The notes under the pieces are model-generated. The model was not told where the DNA came from. It saw nothing but the letters and a program-made list of their open reading frames with translations, and did no database searches. DNA of 49,575 nucleotides from a virus, in the IMG/VR virus record IMGVR_UViG_3300035310_000011, positions 1-49,575 of that record, one strand, 5' to 3'. This document shows, piece by piece, positions 49,518 through 49,575 of this stretch. The position numbers were made by a program, and so were the translations under genes. The first letter of the stretch is position 1; every line of letters starts with the position of its first letter.

Positions 49518-49575
49518 AGTGTTTTTATTACTTAATTACTGCTTTACAAACAATACAAAACAAGCCCTACCGCCT
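49477..49575. repeat. Terminal direct repeat copy 2 (identical to 1..99)
   Basis: Exact 99-bp match to the window start. Confidence 0.95.

Overview
The window looks like one complete genome of a tailed dsDNA phage, about 49.48 kb. The first 99 bases are repeated exactly as the last 99 bases, which suggests a circular or terminally redundant contig. I saw no integrase, tRNA, CRISPR array or DNA polymerase.

**Layout**
- **Leftward early/accessory block (wraps 46.9-49.5 kb into 0-4.6 kb):** an SNF2 helicase split by an HNH gene, a free-standing HNH, a short DnaN-like clamp homologue, three small acidic proteins each behind a repeated hairpin/TTGAC motif, and an RHH regulator.
- **Non-coding control hub (3.43-4.90 kb):** TTGTCAA-N2-TTGACAA palindromes, a C-rich tract, direct repeats, a 25-bp inverted repeat and a perfect DnaA-box-like site.
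- **Rightward unit (4.9-34.4 kb):**
  - Nuclease, packaging and head genes: VRR-NUC nuclease, TerS, TerL, portal, scaffold-like and major-capsid-like proteins.
  - Fibre and late genes: a 935-aa Thr/Gly/Ala/Val repeat protein, two paralogous fibre genes, a 1177-aa virion protein, a Gly-rich fibre/spike and a holin-like gene.
- **Leftward accessory/recombination block (34.4-43.8 kb):**
  - Accessory genes: C5 DNA methyltransferase, a Cys-rich mini-protein, three more HNH genes and YopX.
  - Cell-wall, aminopeptidase and nuclease genes: a 3D-domain protein, a type I methionine aminopeptidase and a PD-(D/E)XK exonuclease.
- **Rightward replication cassette (43.9-46.9 kb):** TOPRIM primase with a C-terminal CHC2 zinc finger, a P-loop ATPase/helicase and a glutaredoxin-like protein.

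**Observations most worth a second look**
- A 232-codon +1-frame ORF sits inside the dcm gene, and its translation carries methyltransferase-like motifs.
- Two promoter-to-terminator units have no ORF: about 165 nt at 5.37-5.54 kb and about 380 nt at 34.40-34.79 kb.
- The SNF2 helicase is cleanly split between motif I and the DEAH box by an HNH cassette.
- The clamp homologue is about half the length of a bacterial DnaN, in a genome with no polymerase.
- AAAGTTATCCACA boxes lie next to several predicted promoters, and the ori-like hub lies at 3.4-4.9 kb.

All functional calls come from motif recognition by eye. No database search was run.
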